A stretch of 64,000 nt of DNA from Klebsiella phage vB_KpM_FBKp34. The translations under genes were made by a program, and so were the position numbers. Below, in pieces: positions 44,637 through 54,955 of the stretch. Location: sequence record MW394390.1, one strand, 5' to 3'. The notes under the pieces were generated by a model, which did not search any database, had not been told where the DNA came from, and worked only from the letters and a program-made list of their open reading frames with translations. The number at the start of each line of letters is the position of its first letter. Within the stretch, counting starts at the first letter, position 1.

Positions 44637-45994
44637 CACTAACTGAAATTATTAATGAACTTGCTTCTACTTCTTCTAAAAATGAAAAAGAAGCTATCAT
44701 GATCAAAAACAAAGATAATAAAGATCTTAAGCGTCTTTTTGAAGTAACTTATTCTAAAGACTTAAACTTTTTTGTGCGTCAATTTAAAGTGGATCTAATT
44801 AATACCGAAGGTTTAATGGATATTAATGAAAGCATTGAAATGCTTGTTAATGAGGTTGCTTCAAGAAATTATACGGGTAATGATGCACGAAGCTATATGA
44901 CACAACTTGTGCAAACTTGTAAAGAACCAGAACTACTTTTAAAAGTAATCAACCGTGATCTTGAATGTGGAGTTCAACAAACAATTACAAATAAAGTATG
45001 GAAAGATATTATCACTGATCCGCCATATATGAGTTACAAACTCTTTAAGCCAGAGTTGATCAAGAAGTTAAAATTTCCAGCTTATTCTGATGTAAAACAG
45101 GACGGTCTGTATGCTGATGTTATTGTTCATAAAGACTTAATTATTTATCGGTCAAGGTCGGGTAAAGAACTTAATTTCCGTCTACCTGAAAGTGAAGAGC
45201 GTAAACTTAAAGAATTGGCAGAATATCCTGGTGAATCTTTTGTTCTTCATTCAGAAGCCCTTGTCATTGATCCATCTTATCCAAATGGAGTTCAACCTCG
45301 TGAAATAGGTAATGGATACTTGAATCAAGACCCAGAACTTATTGATTGTAATAAAGTTAAATTAGTAACTTGGGATATGGTCACTTATAAAGAATATCTA
45401 GCACGTAAAAGTGAAGAGACTTATGATATTCGTCGTGAAGAACTTAGATGCCTCACACAACATTTAAAATCAAATCATGTTGAAATGATTGAAGGTGTTG
45501 TGGTAAACTCTATCTCTGAAATTATTGATCATTTTATTGCTTGTCGTAAAAAAGGTCTTGAAGGTACTGTAGTTAAATCATTTACACTTCTTTGGGAAGA
45601 TAAGAAAGTTTCCCAAGGTATTAAGATTAAAAATGAGTTTGATGCAGAATTTGTTATTGTTGGCTACATTGAACATAAGAAAAAGCCTGGATGGATTGGA
45701 TCTCTCCTTGTTGAGAGTTCAGATGGTAAAATTAAATTCGGTGTTGGTTCTGGTTTAACTGACAAACTAAGAAAAGAACCTTTTGAGAATTTCAAATTAA
45801 AAATTCTTACTGTTAAAGGTAATGATATTGGTTGTTCTGAATCAAAAGATACTTGGTCTGTTTTCTTACCACGTTATGTTGAGCTTCGTAATGATAAAAC
45901 CAAAGCAAATACATTTGAAGAATGTATGGAAGCAAAAGATTCAATAATTGCAGTTCTGAAAGAGATTGCTGAAGACTTAGAGAATAAGGAGTAA
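44633..45994 (+). CDS. ATP-dependent DNA ligase
   Basis: Motif I SDVKQDGLYADV (KxDG) and downstream ligase/OB-fold pattern. Confidence 0.75.
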   Translation: MTLTEIINELASTSSKNEKEAIMIKNKDNKDLKRLFEVTYSKDLNFFVRQFKVDLINTEGLMDINESIEMLVNEVASRNYTGNDARSYMTQLVQTCKEPELLLKVINRDLECGVQQTITNKVWKDIITDPPYMSYKLFKPELIKKLKFPAYSDVKQDGLYADVIVHKDLIIYRSRSGKELNFRLPESEERKLKELAEYPGESFVLHSEALVIDPSYPNGVQPREIGNGYLNQDPELIDCNKVKLVTWDMVTYKEYLARKSEETYDIRREELRCLTQHLKSNHVEMIEGVVVNSISEIIDHFIACRKKGLEGTVVKSFTLLWEDKKVSQGIKIKNEFDAEFVIVGYIEHKKKPGWIGSLLVESSDGKIKFGVGSGLTDKLRKEPFENFKLKILTVKGNDIGCSESKDTWSVFLPRYVELRNDKTKANTFEECMEAKDSIIAVLKEIAEDLENKE

Positions 45995-45995
45995 A

Positions 45996-46655
45996 ATGAA
46001 CACTATTAATACATATCTTAAACCACTGGATTTTTCAAAATATTTTAAGCGTGTTGTTGAATGGAATGCTACTGCACGTGGTGGAAAGCATGACTTCTCA
46101 GATAAAACACTAAATAAACAAAAAGAGCTTGTTGCAGAAGAGATCAAAGAACTTAAGGAAGCAATAGATGCCTCAGACACTGTTGAAGTTCTTGATGCAC
46201 TTTGTGATATCTTTGTAGTTGCAAGCTATTATCATTTCCTACAAATGAATGGAGAACTAAAAGATTTAAGCCTGAAGATTTTAACTCCGTTATCTGGTAT
46301 TGATTATTACACCAGTATGATTTATGATTTTGAAACATTGGATAATGGGTTAATGGTAACATCCGATGTGTGTGCTCTACTGTATCAATTCAATGGTTTT
46401 GCAACAGCCGCATTGGAGGAAGTACTCTCTAGTAATGATAGTAAATTCCCTAAAGTTGAAAAATTCGGAAAACAAAAATCTAAACGAGAACTTGCTCTTA
46501 ATAATGAATGTGCTATGATTGAAACTCGATCAGAAGGACGGTACTCTGAAGTTAAATGGGAAATTCGAGGTGATCGAGTAGTATTTTTAGATGGAAATGG
46601 GAAAATAATGAAGCCATTTACATTCAAATCTCCTAATCTTAAACCTTTCTGTTGA
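45996..46655 (+). CDS. MazG-like nucleotide pyrophosphohydrolase
   Basis: EEIKELKEAIDASDTVEVLDALCDIFVV resembles the MazG EExxE/D helical motif. Confidence 0.4.
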   Translation: MNTINTYLKPLDFSKYFKRVVEWNATARGGKHDFSDKTLNKQKELVAEEIKELKEAIDASDTVEVLDALCDIFVVASYYHFLQMNGELKDLSLKILTPLSGIDYYTSMIYDFETLDNGLMVTSDVCALLYQFNGFATAALEEVLSSNDSKFPKVEKFGKQKSKRELALNNECAMIETRSEGRYSEVKWEIRGDRVVFLDGNGKIMKPFTFKSPNLKPFC

Positions 46656-46703
46656 GGTATTTATGTGGAATATGGGAGTTAATGTGACATCACTAATTGG
46701 TGC

Positions 46704-47036
46704 ATGTGTTATCTTTGGTATCGTTGTTGGATTCTTGTTTGGTGTAATCTTAGGGGCAATTGTATGGTAAACTCTTCTATTTTTGAAGTTATCCTTAAGA
46801 AGTGGATCAAGAGTATCAAAGAGGCGGGGTTTAACGACCCCACTAAAGAAGTTATTAAGGCTACAGTTGGTGGAAAACTTCTAGTCATCCAATTGTACAC
46901 AGAAGACCAATGGGAAAAGAAAACAAGTAAGACAGTTGCACAGCGAGCTTTGAAAAATATAGGATTAGATAAATTGCCAGATTACACAGTATGTGTGGAC
47001 GGTGTTATTTACTTAGTAGAGATTGTTAAAAGTTAA
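46704..47036 (+). CDS. hypothetical protein (true start possibly ATG at 46764)
   Basis: ORF preceded by an overlapping 35 aa hydrophobic ORF at 46662-46769. Confidence 0.3.
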   Translation: MCYLWYRCWILVWCNLRGNCMVNSSIFEVILKKWIKSIKEAGFNDPTKEVIKATVGGKLLVIQLYTEDQWEKKTSKTVAQRALKNIGLDKLPDYTVCVDGVIYLVEIVKS

Positions 47037-47048
47037 TGGGAGATTTTA

Positions 47049-47984
47049 ATGACTAATAAAGAAATTGTAAAAGCAATGAAAGGGTTTGTGGTATATGAAG
47101 TTAAAGGCGAAGTTGATCTAAGTGAAATTCTTAAAGCAGATAATTTTGAATACCGCAAGTATAAAATTGCGCAAGAAGATGAACTGTCTACTATTGGTTT
47201 TTTACCTACAGTTGAGCTTGAGTGTAATGACGATGGCGAAATTGTTCGGGAAGAGGAGTTTGTGTCAGAGTTTTCCGGTCTTCAGGTAGTATCTATTGGA
47301 TCATCTAAGCGTAAAGTACCCGGCAATGAAGTTAAAAAACTGGTAAACCAGAAAATTAAAGATTTTATTAAACAAGCTAAAGACAATGGTGAGGAAGAAG
47401 TTAAGGTTGATAAAGATACCAAAGAAATCTTTAAAGAAGAAGCTATCAAAGAACTTATGCCAAAATGCTTCGTAGATGAATACCAGACATTTGCATTCCA
47501 TGATAAAACTAATGGTCTGTTTTTTGTATTTAGTAATTCTTTCAAGAAGGCAGAACAAATTAATGGTCTTATCCGTTCTGTAATTGGGTCACTCCCCGTT
47601 GTTCCTCTTAGTGTAGAAAATGTTGACATTGGTAAGAAGTTCTCTGATTTTATTACTGTCCCACTAAATGATAAAATTACTCTGGAAGATTTTGCAGAGA
47701 TTGAAAATGATTCTGGAATTGTAACATTCAAAAAAGAATCTTTATATAGTGCAGAGATTGCAGGAGAAGTGCTGGAGCAATCATCAGATGCTTTTGTAAG
47801 CAAGATTGGCCTAAACTATGATGGTACATTATCTTTCGTAGTTTCTAATGACCTTGTGTTCTCTAATCTCAAGTTTGAAAGCTATCTTACTGTATCTGGA
47901 AATGATTTCAAATCTACTTTCTTGCTTGCAGCAAATGAGGTTAAAGATTCAACACTAGAATTGATTAAAGAGCTTAAAAAATAA
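47049..47984 (+). CDS. rdgC: recombination-associated protein RdgC
   Basis: GSLPVVPLSVEN matches the conserved RdgC segment; about 300 aa. Confidence 0.7.
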   Translation: MTNKEIVKAMKGFVVYEVKGEVDLSEILKADNFEYRKYKIAQEDELSTIGFLPTVELECNDDGEIVREEEFVSEFSGLQVVSIGSSKRKVPGNEVKKLVNQKIKDFIKQAKDNGEEEVKVDKDTKEIFKEEAIKELMPKCFVDEYQTFAFHDKTNGLFFVFSNSFKKAEQINGLIRSVIGSLPVVPLSVENVDIGKKFSDFITVPLNDKITLEDFAEIENDSGIVTFKKESLYSAEIAGEVLEQSSDAFVSKIGLNYDGTLSFVVSNDLVFSNLKFESYLTVSGNDFKSTFLLAANEVKDSTLELIKELKK

Positions 47985-48041
47985 TATTGACTTGGCAGGC
48001 AGAGATGTGATACTCTTTGCCTGTTCAACAAAGGGGATAAT

Positions 48042-48269
48042 ATGAAAAATCTATTTGTGGCAATCTTTATCATTTTAGTGGCTACTCTTGTTTTGTTGTT
48101 TTCTCAAAGTTCAAGAGCAACACAAATCACTCTAACTGATCCAGATGAGCAAATCACTTCAGACGGTAAGATGTGTGTTTATGAAAACTCACAAGTAACT
48201 AAGGTCATCTACGTAGGTGAACATTCTAAATGTCCTTATGCAAAAACTTTTACAGTAGAAGATGAGTAA
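48042..48269 (+). CDS. small membrane/secreted protein
   Basis: N-terminal hydrophobic helix LFVAIFIILVATLVLLF. Confidence 0.4.
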   Translation: MKNLFVAIFIILVATLVLLFSQSSRATQITLTDPDEQITSDGKMCVYENSQVTKVIYVGEHSKCPYAKTFTVEDE

Positions 48270-48343
48270 AATTAGGAGGTGTTATTAGCTTTAATACAAT
48301 AAAAATAGAAGACTTACCAAAGTATATTGATGAAAATACTAAA

Positions 48344-49381
48344 TTGGTAATAGACTACGATCAGGCAGCATTTCAATCTGCCGCGGCTCTTGAAAAACGT
48401 GAAATAAAAGCTATTCATAAAGCCTCTGGTCGTAGTATGACATTTAAAAATAGAACAGAGTTCTATGGTAAAAAGAAAAACTCATTGGAAGATAGTTGGC
48501 TTGGTGATCAAAACACTATGCGAGAAGCAAAAGGACAAAGACCTTTCTCCAAAGATGAATTTGACATTGAAGATGTTCAAATTGCCTCAGAAGTCTCGCA
48601 TACCCTTTATGAATGTAAACGTAGAATAGAAAACTATTGTAAGCATTTAGGTATTGAAGATTATTTTGGAGTAATCGGAAAAGGTGAAACATTCCGCCAT
48701 GAGTTACCCCTCCCACAAAAATATAAATCTAATCGAGATACTGCTCTTAGACCATTACTGTTAACAGAAGCTAAAGATTATTTGGTAGAATACCACGAAG
48801 GTAAGATTGTAACTGGTATTGAGGCCGATGATATGTTAACTCGTTATGGCTACAGAGGTTGGCTTGATTATAAAAAGACGGGGAAATTTTCCTACCTTGT
48901 AGGCACCATGGATAAAGACCAACGTGGAACACCTTGCCTATACTTTGACATTTTTGCTCAAAAAGGAAAGTTTAGAGATCCAGATCCTATTCTCATTGAC
49001 GATGGACTCGGTGAAATCTGGCTGCAAAAAGGAGAGGTTAAGGGTTATGGTGCAAAATGGCTGGCAGTTCAAATGTGTAAAGGTGATGAATCTGACCATG
49101 TGAGACCATATCAAGATTTTGGAATAGTTTATGGTGATACATCTTGTTATCACGATTTTCATGATGCAAAATCTGCTAAAGATCTATTTACAAGAGTTCT
49201 TAATAGATTCGTAGAATGGTTTCCTGATGGTGTAGAGTATGATGCATGGAATGGTCAACATATGAAACTTAACTCTTTAGAGTGGGCTAATATGATGTTT
49301 AAACTTGTCTACATGCACAGGATTAAAGATGATCCAACAACTTTCACAAAACTTCTTCAACACTACGGAGTTCTTAAATAG
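48344..49381 (+). CDS. 5'-3' exonuclease / flap endonuclease (RNase H-like, FEN family)
   Basis: Classic GIEADDM motif and FEN-like length. Confidence 0.65.
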   Translation: MVIDYDQAAFQSAAALEKREIKAIHKASGRSMTFKNRTEFYGKKKNSLEDSWLGDQNTMREAKGQRPFSKDEFDIEDVQIASEVSHTLYECKRRIENYCKHLGIEDYFGVIGKGETFRHELPLPQKYKSNRDTALRPLLLTEAKDYLVEYHEGKIVTGIEADDMLTRYGYRGWLDYKKTGKFSYLVGTMDKDQRGTPCLYFDIFAQKGKFRDPDPILIDDGLGEIWLQKGEVKGYGAKWLAVQMCKGDESDHVRPYQDFGIVYGDTSCYHDFHDAKSAKDLFTRVLNRFVEWFPDGVEYDAWNGQHMKLNSLEWANMMFKLVYMHRIKDDPTTFTKLLQHYGVLK

Positions 49382-49389
49382 GAGGTAGC

Positions 49390-50010
49390 ATATACACAAT
49401 AGGAATCGATCAATCATACTCCAACTTTGCTTATGTTATTTTTGACAATAATCAGCAAGTAATAGACAGAGGAGTTTTGCACACAGGAGATAATAATGAA
49501 TCTAATTCCAAAAAACAGTTCGGGAAGTATTATAATTCAACCCAAGAACAACTCCAATACCTCTACTCAGAATTCAAGCCAGTGGTATCTAAATATTCCC
49601 CTTGTCAGTTGGTATTTGAGGGCTTATCCTTCGGTTCTATCGGTAATAGAGTTTTTGATCTTGGCGGGCTATTTTATTTCATTACAACTTCACTAGTAAT
49701 GGAAGGTCTTGTTAACATTAAAGACATACATACCGTGACGCCTACATCTGCTAAAAAACTTGCGAGAGATCACCTAAGTGAAGATGATCAATACGAGAAA
49801 GATAAGTCAGGTAATGTTGTAATAGCTAAGAACAAAAAACCTAAATTGAAGAAAATGGATAAACCAGATATGCTTAAGGCTCTTAATAATACAGATGACA
49901 AGTGGATTGTTGATGGATATTCAGCAAGTTCAGTTAAAATTCAAACAGGTATTAAAGACCTTCCAGATGCATATTGGTTAGCAAGAACTTTCTTAAAGGA
50001 GGTTGTATAG
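49390..50010 (+). CDS. RuvC-like Holliday junction resolvase (start codon uncertain, probably non-ATG)
   Basis: In-frame extension upstream of the listed TTG adds YTIGIDQSYS (RuvC catalytic GIDxS-type motif) after a GGAGGT RBS; later VFEGLSFGS and DAYWLA. Confidence 0.45.
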   Translation: MYTIGIDQSYSNFAYVIFDNNQQVIDRGVLHTGDNNESNSKKQFGKYYNSTQEQLQYLYSEFKPVVSKYSPCQLVFEGLSFGSIGNRVFDLGGLFYFITTSLVMEGLVNIKDIHTVTPTSAKKLARDHLSEDDQYEKDKSGNVVIAKNKKPKLKKMDKPDMLKALNNTDDKWIVDGYSASSVKIQTGIKDLPDAYWLARTFLKEVV

Positions 50011-50558
50011 CAAGGAAAACATTTAAAAGGAAGAGTTCTACAAAATCTAAAACAAAGAAAATAGCAGTAGAACTCAATCCTTCTTTTTGGTTAAGAAATA
50101 CAGAAGAAGTTCGTAAATGGAGGGAAGAACATAAACCTGAATCTGGTCTATGTCCTATCCTTAAAATAAAACCTAGAATTTGGACTCTGGATCATGACCA
50201 TGCAACAGGTGAGGTGAGAGGGGTTATCTCTAGTTTAGGTAATCTTGCAGAAGGAAGATTCAACAGAGTATATGAAAAATATTTAGCAAATCATACTGAT
50301 CTTTCTTTCTCAGAAGTGATGAGGAATCTTGCAGATTATTTAGAAAGGGCTGAACATTTTGAAAATATGTTACATCACAGATTTGTAGAAGATCAGAGAA
50401 AATATCTTAATAGATGCACTAAAGCAACTATAGCTATTAAAGCTAAAGACTCATTCCAATTAATATTGGATGAAAATATAATGAGTAAAGAAGAAATGAT
50501 CTATGCTTATCTTGTTGAATTTGTAAAAGCTTATGAGGAAATGAATGGAAAAACTTAA
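49974..50558 (+). CDS. endonuclease VII-like (T4 gp49-type) junction-resolving nuclease
   Basis: CPILK...LDHDHATGEVRGV matches the Endonuclease_7 zinc/HNH-like motif. Confidence 0.55.
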   Translation: MVSKNFLKGGCIARKTFKRKSSTKSKTKKIAVELNPSFWLRNTEEVRKWREEHKPESGLCPILKIKPRIWTLDHDHATGEVRGVISSLGNLAEGRFNRVYEKYLANHTDLSFSEVMRNLADYLERAEHFENMLHHRFVEDQRKYLNRCTKATIAIKAKDSFQLILDENIMSKEEMIYAYLVEFVKAYEEMNGKT

Positions 50559-50748
50559 GTTCTATTATATTAATTGGAAAGGAGAGAAAAGTTTAAGAAC
50601 TGTACAAGATCCTAAATTCTGGTTCGGTGAAACACAGTACCATAAAGGTAAACAGTGGCTTATCAGAGCATATGATTTACAAAAACAAGACTTCAGAGAC
50701 TTTGCAGTAAAAGATATCCTAACATTCATCCAAGAGGAGAGTAAATGA
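50545..50748 (+). CDS. hypothetical protein
   Basis: 67 aa ORF. Confidence 0.35.
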   Translation: MEKLKFYYINWKGEKSLRTVQDPKFWFGETQYHKGKQWLIRAYDLQKQDFRDFAVKDILTFIQEESK

Positions 50749-51683
50749 GTAATCGCTTAACAGAAGAACAGAAACAGAGTATTATTGAATTAATTGAGAA
50801 TGGTCACAGCAGTCGTCAAGTAGCTAAACTCGTTATTGGTCGTGAATCGGCAAAAAGTACTGTAAATGATTTTATTAATCGGAATGCACCAGTTACAGAA
50901 GGTTCTTCTGATTACTGTAAATCTAAAGTTCTCTTTATTGATATTGAAACAGCACCTATTCTTGGGCATCTTTGGAGTCTTTGGCAGAATGGTATTGGTT
51001 TGAATCAGGTGGTTAGTGATTGGTATATCCTATCCTTCACAGCAAAATGGGCAGACAAAGATGAAATCATTTACTTTGATCAGAGCAGAGAAGATAATAT
51101 TGAAAATGATCGAGGGCTTCTTTCAGAGCTTTGGGAACTTCTTGATGAAGCAGATTTCGTTATAGGTCACAATATTAAGAAGTTTGATCTTAAGAAAATC
51201 AATGCTAGATTTATTCTTAATGGTTTCCAGCCGCCAAGTACTTATCGAATGATCGATACTTTAGACATTGCAAAACGTATTTTTGGCTTTACTTCTAATA
51301 AATTAGAATATCTGACCAGTAAACTCTGTACAAAATATAAGAAAAGTAAACATAAGAAGTTCCCAGGACATGAATTGTGGCAAGCATGTCTTAATAAAAA
51401 TCCAGAGGCATGGATTGAAATGAAAGAATATAATATTTTTGATGTTCTCTCAAATCAGGAACTTTATGAAGTCTTTATGCCTTGGGATAATAAACTCCCT
51501 AACTTTGATTTGTATATCGATGACCCTCTTGATATGTCTGATTGGGAGAAGAATGGTTATCATTATACTCAGCTAGGTAAATATCAGCGTTACCGTAATA
51601 AGAAGACTGGGCAGCAACGCCGTGGTCGTACTAATCTTCTGAGTAAAGAAAAGCGTCAAAGTATTTTGTCTAATATCATCTAA
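50745..51683 (+). CDS. HTH domain plus DnaQ-like 3'-5' exonuclease (DEDDh)
   Basis: N-terminal HTH; Exo I FIDIETAP, Exo II GHNIKKFD. Confidence 0.55.
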   Translation: MSNRLTEEQKQSIIELIENGHSSRQVAKLVIGRESAKSTVNDFINRNAPVTEGSSDYCKSKVLFIDIETAPILGHLWSLWQNGIGLNQVVSDWYILSFTAKWADKDEIIYFDQSREDNIENDRGLLSELWELLDEADFVIGHNIKKFDLKKINARFILNGFQPPSTYRMIDTLDIAKRIFGFTSNKLEYLTSKLCTKYKKSKHKKFPGHELWQACLNKNPEAWIEMKEYNIFDVLSNQELYEVFMPWDNKLPNFDLYIDDPLDMSDWEKNGYHYTQLGKYQRYRNKKTGQQRRGRTNLLSKEKRQSILSNII

Positions 51684-51720
51684 CTTAACTGGGGGCGAAA
51701 GCCCCTTATATGGAGAAATA

Positions 51721-52098
51721 ATGAGCAAATCAGCATTAAATTTTCAAGTGGGCGGTACTCACTATACAGAACTCGGAATGCAACCTCTTGAACTAGCTTA
51801 CTTGGTCAATGGAACGCCATGTTTTACAAAAGTTGCTAAATATTTAGTTAGGAAGAAAGGTACACATAAACAAGACTTGCAAAAAGCCCTAACATGTGTT
51901 CAAATTGAGGAAGAGTTAACTAACAAAGGTATTGGATTGCAGTATTTTGCTGTTTCTATTGATGAAGATTTTGTTGTCAGTATGATTGAAAAGTATACAG
52001 ATGTTATCACTTATCAGATGGTATTAAAAGATATGTATTTTGGCGAATATGATAAAGCTAAAAATATGTTACAAGGTCTGATTCTGGAGCAAGGTTAA
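51721..52098 (+). CDS. hypothetical protein (DUF3310-like GxHY motif)
   Basis: QVGGTHYT near the N-terminus. Confidence 0.3.
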   Translation: MSKSALNFQVGGTHYTELGMQPLELAYLVNGTPCFTKVAKYLVRKKGTHKQDLQKALTCVQIEEELTNKGIGLQYFAVSIDEDFVVSMIEKYTDVITYQMVLKDMYFGEYDKAKNMLQGLILEQG

Positions 52099-52184
52099 TG
52101 TGTTTCTCAGAGGGAGATCTGATTAATATTTATTCTAAAGGTACTTCCTCTCTTCTAGGGCAAATTAAAATAAAAGAAAAAACT

Positions 52185-52212
52185 TGCCCAAAGATGTTTA
52201 ATAGGTTAGTAT
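52185..52212 (+). promoter_or_regulatory. sigma70-like promoter
   Basis: TTGCCC-16 nt-TAGTAT; shares the AATAGGTTAGTAT core with the promoter at 35930. Confidence 0.4.
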
Positions 52213-52246
52213 TCTTTAAGTTTAACCTGTTACCATCACAGTTTAG

Positions 52247-52837
52247 TTGGAGGAAACAATGTTAACAATAGGTGTAGATATAGATTTGACAATAGTTCCT
52301 TCTGATGTATACTGGGAGGCATGGCTAAAAAGACATTTTGAACAAATATCTGAAATACCAAAAGAGAATGCAGACTATAATTTAGGTAGATATTTTAAAG
52401 AATCTAAAAATGGATTAAAACATATGGATTTCTGGGATAACCCTCATCTTTATGATGAAATGGAACTTCTTCCTGGTTGCTATAATGCACTTAAGGCATT
52501 AAAAGCGTCTGGTCATAATTTACTCTTTATCAGTCATACAAGATCAGGGCATTTTAGTTCTAAATTTAGATTGTTAAGTAAATTGCCATTCTTAGAATTT
52601 GAATCAGGATCTAAAGATGGATTTATTGCTACTAAGGAGAAAGGTGTATTAAGTCCAGCACTTAACATCATGATTGATGATAGAAATAAATTTTTGAATC
52701 AGTTCTACGATGTTAAAACTGTTTTATTTGAAACAAGATATACACAAGATGAAACTCCAAAGGTTTATGACTTACAAACCTCTAACTGGAGTGAAATAGT
52801 TAACTATATAAATAAAATTAACGAGGAGACTAAATGA
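52247..52837 (+). CDS. HAD-superfamily 5'(3')-deoxyribonucleotidase-like
   Basis: HAD motif I GVDIDLT near the N-terminus. Confidence 0.45.
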   Translation: MEETMLTIGVDIDLTIVPSDVYWEAWLKRHFEQISEIPKENADYNLGRYFKESKNGLKHMDFWDNPHLYDEMELLPGCYNALKALKASGHNLLFISHTRSGHFSSKFRLLSKLPFLEFESGSKDGFIATKEKGVLSPALNIMIDDRNKFLNQFYDVKTVLFETRYTQDETPKVYDLQTSNWSEIVNYINKINEETK

Positions 52838-53157
52838 GAGACGATCAAATAGAAGCATTTAAACCAATTTGTGAAGGTATTGTAAATAAAATTTTATCTG
52901 CAATATTTGGAGAAATTGGGGTAACTTGCGTTGCTGATATACTTCCAAATCCTGAAGAGTTAATCGTTGGTATGATTAAAAGTATGTATGGAGAGGGTTT
53001 TACTGAACAAGATGTAGATGAAATTATTGCTTTTAACTTAAAATATAAAGATAAAGTGGACGCTGCCGCTGTAAGATCTGAAGAATTTATCAATAAATAC
53101 TTCACAGATAATCAAGATGTAATTGAGACAATGCTGGTTAAATTTCAAGGAGAGTAA
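52834..53157 (+). CDS. hypothetical protein
   Basis: 107 aa acidic ORF. Confidence 0.4.
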   Translation: MRDDQIEAFKPICEGIVNKILSAIFGEIGVTCVADILPNPEELIVGMIKSMYGEGFTEQDVDEIIAFNLKYKDKVDAAAVRSEEFINKYFTDNQDVIETMLVKFQGE

Positions 53158-54129
53158 ATGTTAGATCAAGTAAGTGCTAAGATTATTGCAGATAGTATCT
53201 CAAAAGATGGTCAGCGAATCACAACCTTCGAACTGGAATATCCTCGTATCATCCATAGTGAATTGATGACCCATCGTTTATTTAGCCGTAATGCAGCATC
53301 TAGTCGAGCTATCCCAGTGAAAACACTAATTGATATGGTAAGGAATGAACCAGCAATGCCTGTTAGATTTGGTGCTAACCAACCTGGCATGCAGGATAAA
53401 GGTGAAGAACATACAGCACTCGTACTCAATCATTTTTCTCCACGTAGGGCTTGGACAATTGCCGCTGAAGATGCAGCATTTTGGGCAGAAGCTTTTGCAG
53501 AAGCCGGGTATCATAAACAAACGGCGAACCGTTTACTTGAACCATTTCAACGTATGAAAACCGTATTGACCGCTACTGAGTTTGAAAACTTCTGGTGGTT
53601 GCGTGTAGACGCTGACGCTGATCCGACTATCGAAGCTCTTGCTATCGCGATGCACAAAGAGTATGAAGCATCTGAACCAGAATTACTTCAACCTGGTCAA
53701 TGGCATACACCTTACGTAGAACATTTTTACGAGAATATTGGTTTAGAGGGTGATGATGTTTGGGTGTTTTGTGGTTATTATGTGGAAGATGAGAACGGTG
53801 AGAAAGTTATCTTAGACGTGGAAGAAGCGAAAGCAATTTCATCCTCCTGTTGTGCTCAGGTGAGTTATCGTCGTCTAAACTCTACTAAAGATAAGGCTTT
53901 GGATATTTATGGACGTTTACTAACTGGTCGTAAGGTACATGCTTCTCCTTTCGAACATATTGCCACCCCCATGTTAGTAGTTGATTCTTCAACAGGTGAA
54001 GATGTATTTGCCACCATTAATAGATATGAAGGTTATACTCATGTAGACAAACATGGTAATTTCTGGAGTGCTAATTTCAAAGGATGGGTGCAATATAGAC
54101 AATTGTTAGATAATCATACCAAGTGGTAA
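53158..54129 (+). CDS. thyX: flavin-dependent thymidylate synthase ThyX
   Basis: ThyX RHR-x7-S motif (MTHRLFSRNAASSRAIP). Confidence 0.85.
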   Translation: MLDQVSAKIIADSISKDGQRITTFELEYPRIIHSELMTHRLFSRNAASSRAIPVKTLIDMVRNEPAMPVRFGANQPGMQDKGEEHTALVLNHFSPRRAWTIAAEDAAFWAEAFAEAGYHKQTANRLLEPFQRMKTVLTATEFENFWWLRVDADADPTIEALAIAMHKEYEASEPELLQPGQWHTPYVEHFYENIGLEGDDVWVFCGYYVEDENGEKVILDVEEAKAISSSCCAQVSYRRLNSTKDKALDIYGRLLTGRKVHASPFEHIATPMLVVDSSTGEDVFATINRYEGYTHVDKHGNFWSANFKGWVQYRQLLDNHTKW

Positions 54130-54200
54130 ATAAGTGTTGACTTTAGGTAGTGAGTTATAATAATATCAGGGACTGAAGAAGTCCCTATAAAGGAGAAAAA

Positions 54201-54671
54201 ATGAGTCGAAAAGATTTTAAAGAAACAACCTGGGGTGCAGTCACTGAGGAAACTATTAAAAATACTGAAACCTGGAAAGCATATGTAGACCACAATGGTA
54301 ATCCCACAGTAAAACGACAGAACCTTATTTCAGCTTGTCTTTATACGCTTGGATATGATATTGATAGTGAGTTTAAATATAAAGAGCAACGTTTTGTCAC
54401 AGTTAGATCTTCTGAAGATAACACCAAAGGAATTGAAACAAGTATTTTTACTTTTCCAGTAAAACGTGGACATAAATTAGAGCACAGTTTTAAGAATATC
54501 CCATTGTTAAACTTTGATGTAGGTCAAAATACTAAAAAAATCAATTTATCAGAGTTTGGTCTCGAATATTATCAAACAGCAAAAAATAAATCTAAGAAGA
54601 AGCGAACCCGTGATCAGTTTATTGATGAAATTCTAAATAAATCAAATTCTTACAATCTTGATATTGAGTAA
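54201..54671 (+). CDS. hypothetical protein
   Basis: 156 aa ORF. Confidence 0.4.
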   Translation: MSRKDFKETTWGAVTEETIKNTETWKAYVDHNGNPTVKRQNLISACLYTLGYDIDSEFKYKEQRFVTVRSSEDNTKGIETSIFTFPVKRGHKLEHSFKNIPLLNFDVGQNTKKINLSEFGLEYYQTAKNKSKKKRTRDQFIDEILNKSNSYNLDIE

Positions 54672-54936
54672 ATCTGGAGACTTTATGGTTTTGAAAGAAG
54701 ATAAAACTTGTGGTAAAATAACATCTCCAGATGAAATCGTAACTGAAATTGACTCTGAATCTTATAATTCACCAAAACGAAAATTAGCCAGGGAAAAAGC
54801 CCGTGAACGTGGTTTTGAAGATGAATATCATTTAGCTGGTTGGTTATGGTTTAATTCAGTTAGTAACTCTCAGTACAATGGATTTGATGTTGATGTCCTT
54901 CATATGACATCCTCTGGAGAAGGTTTCGATAATTAA
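54658..54936 (+). CDS. hypothetical protein
   Basis: 92 aa ORF. Confidence 0.35.
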   Translation: MILSKSGDFMVLKEDKTCGKITSPDEIVTEIDSESYNSPKRKLAREKARERGFEDEYHLAGWLWFNSVSNSQYNGFDVDVLHMTSSGEGFDN

Positions 54937-54955
54937 TATAATAAAGGAGAATACG

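Noticed and set aside
47282-47803. 173-aa and 85-aa minus-strand ORFs
   Set aside because: Antisense to rdgC, which has a conserved motif match; Ser/Leu-rich artefact.
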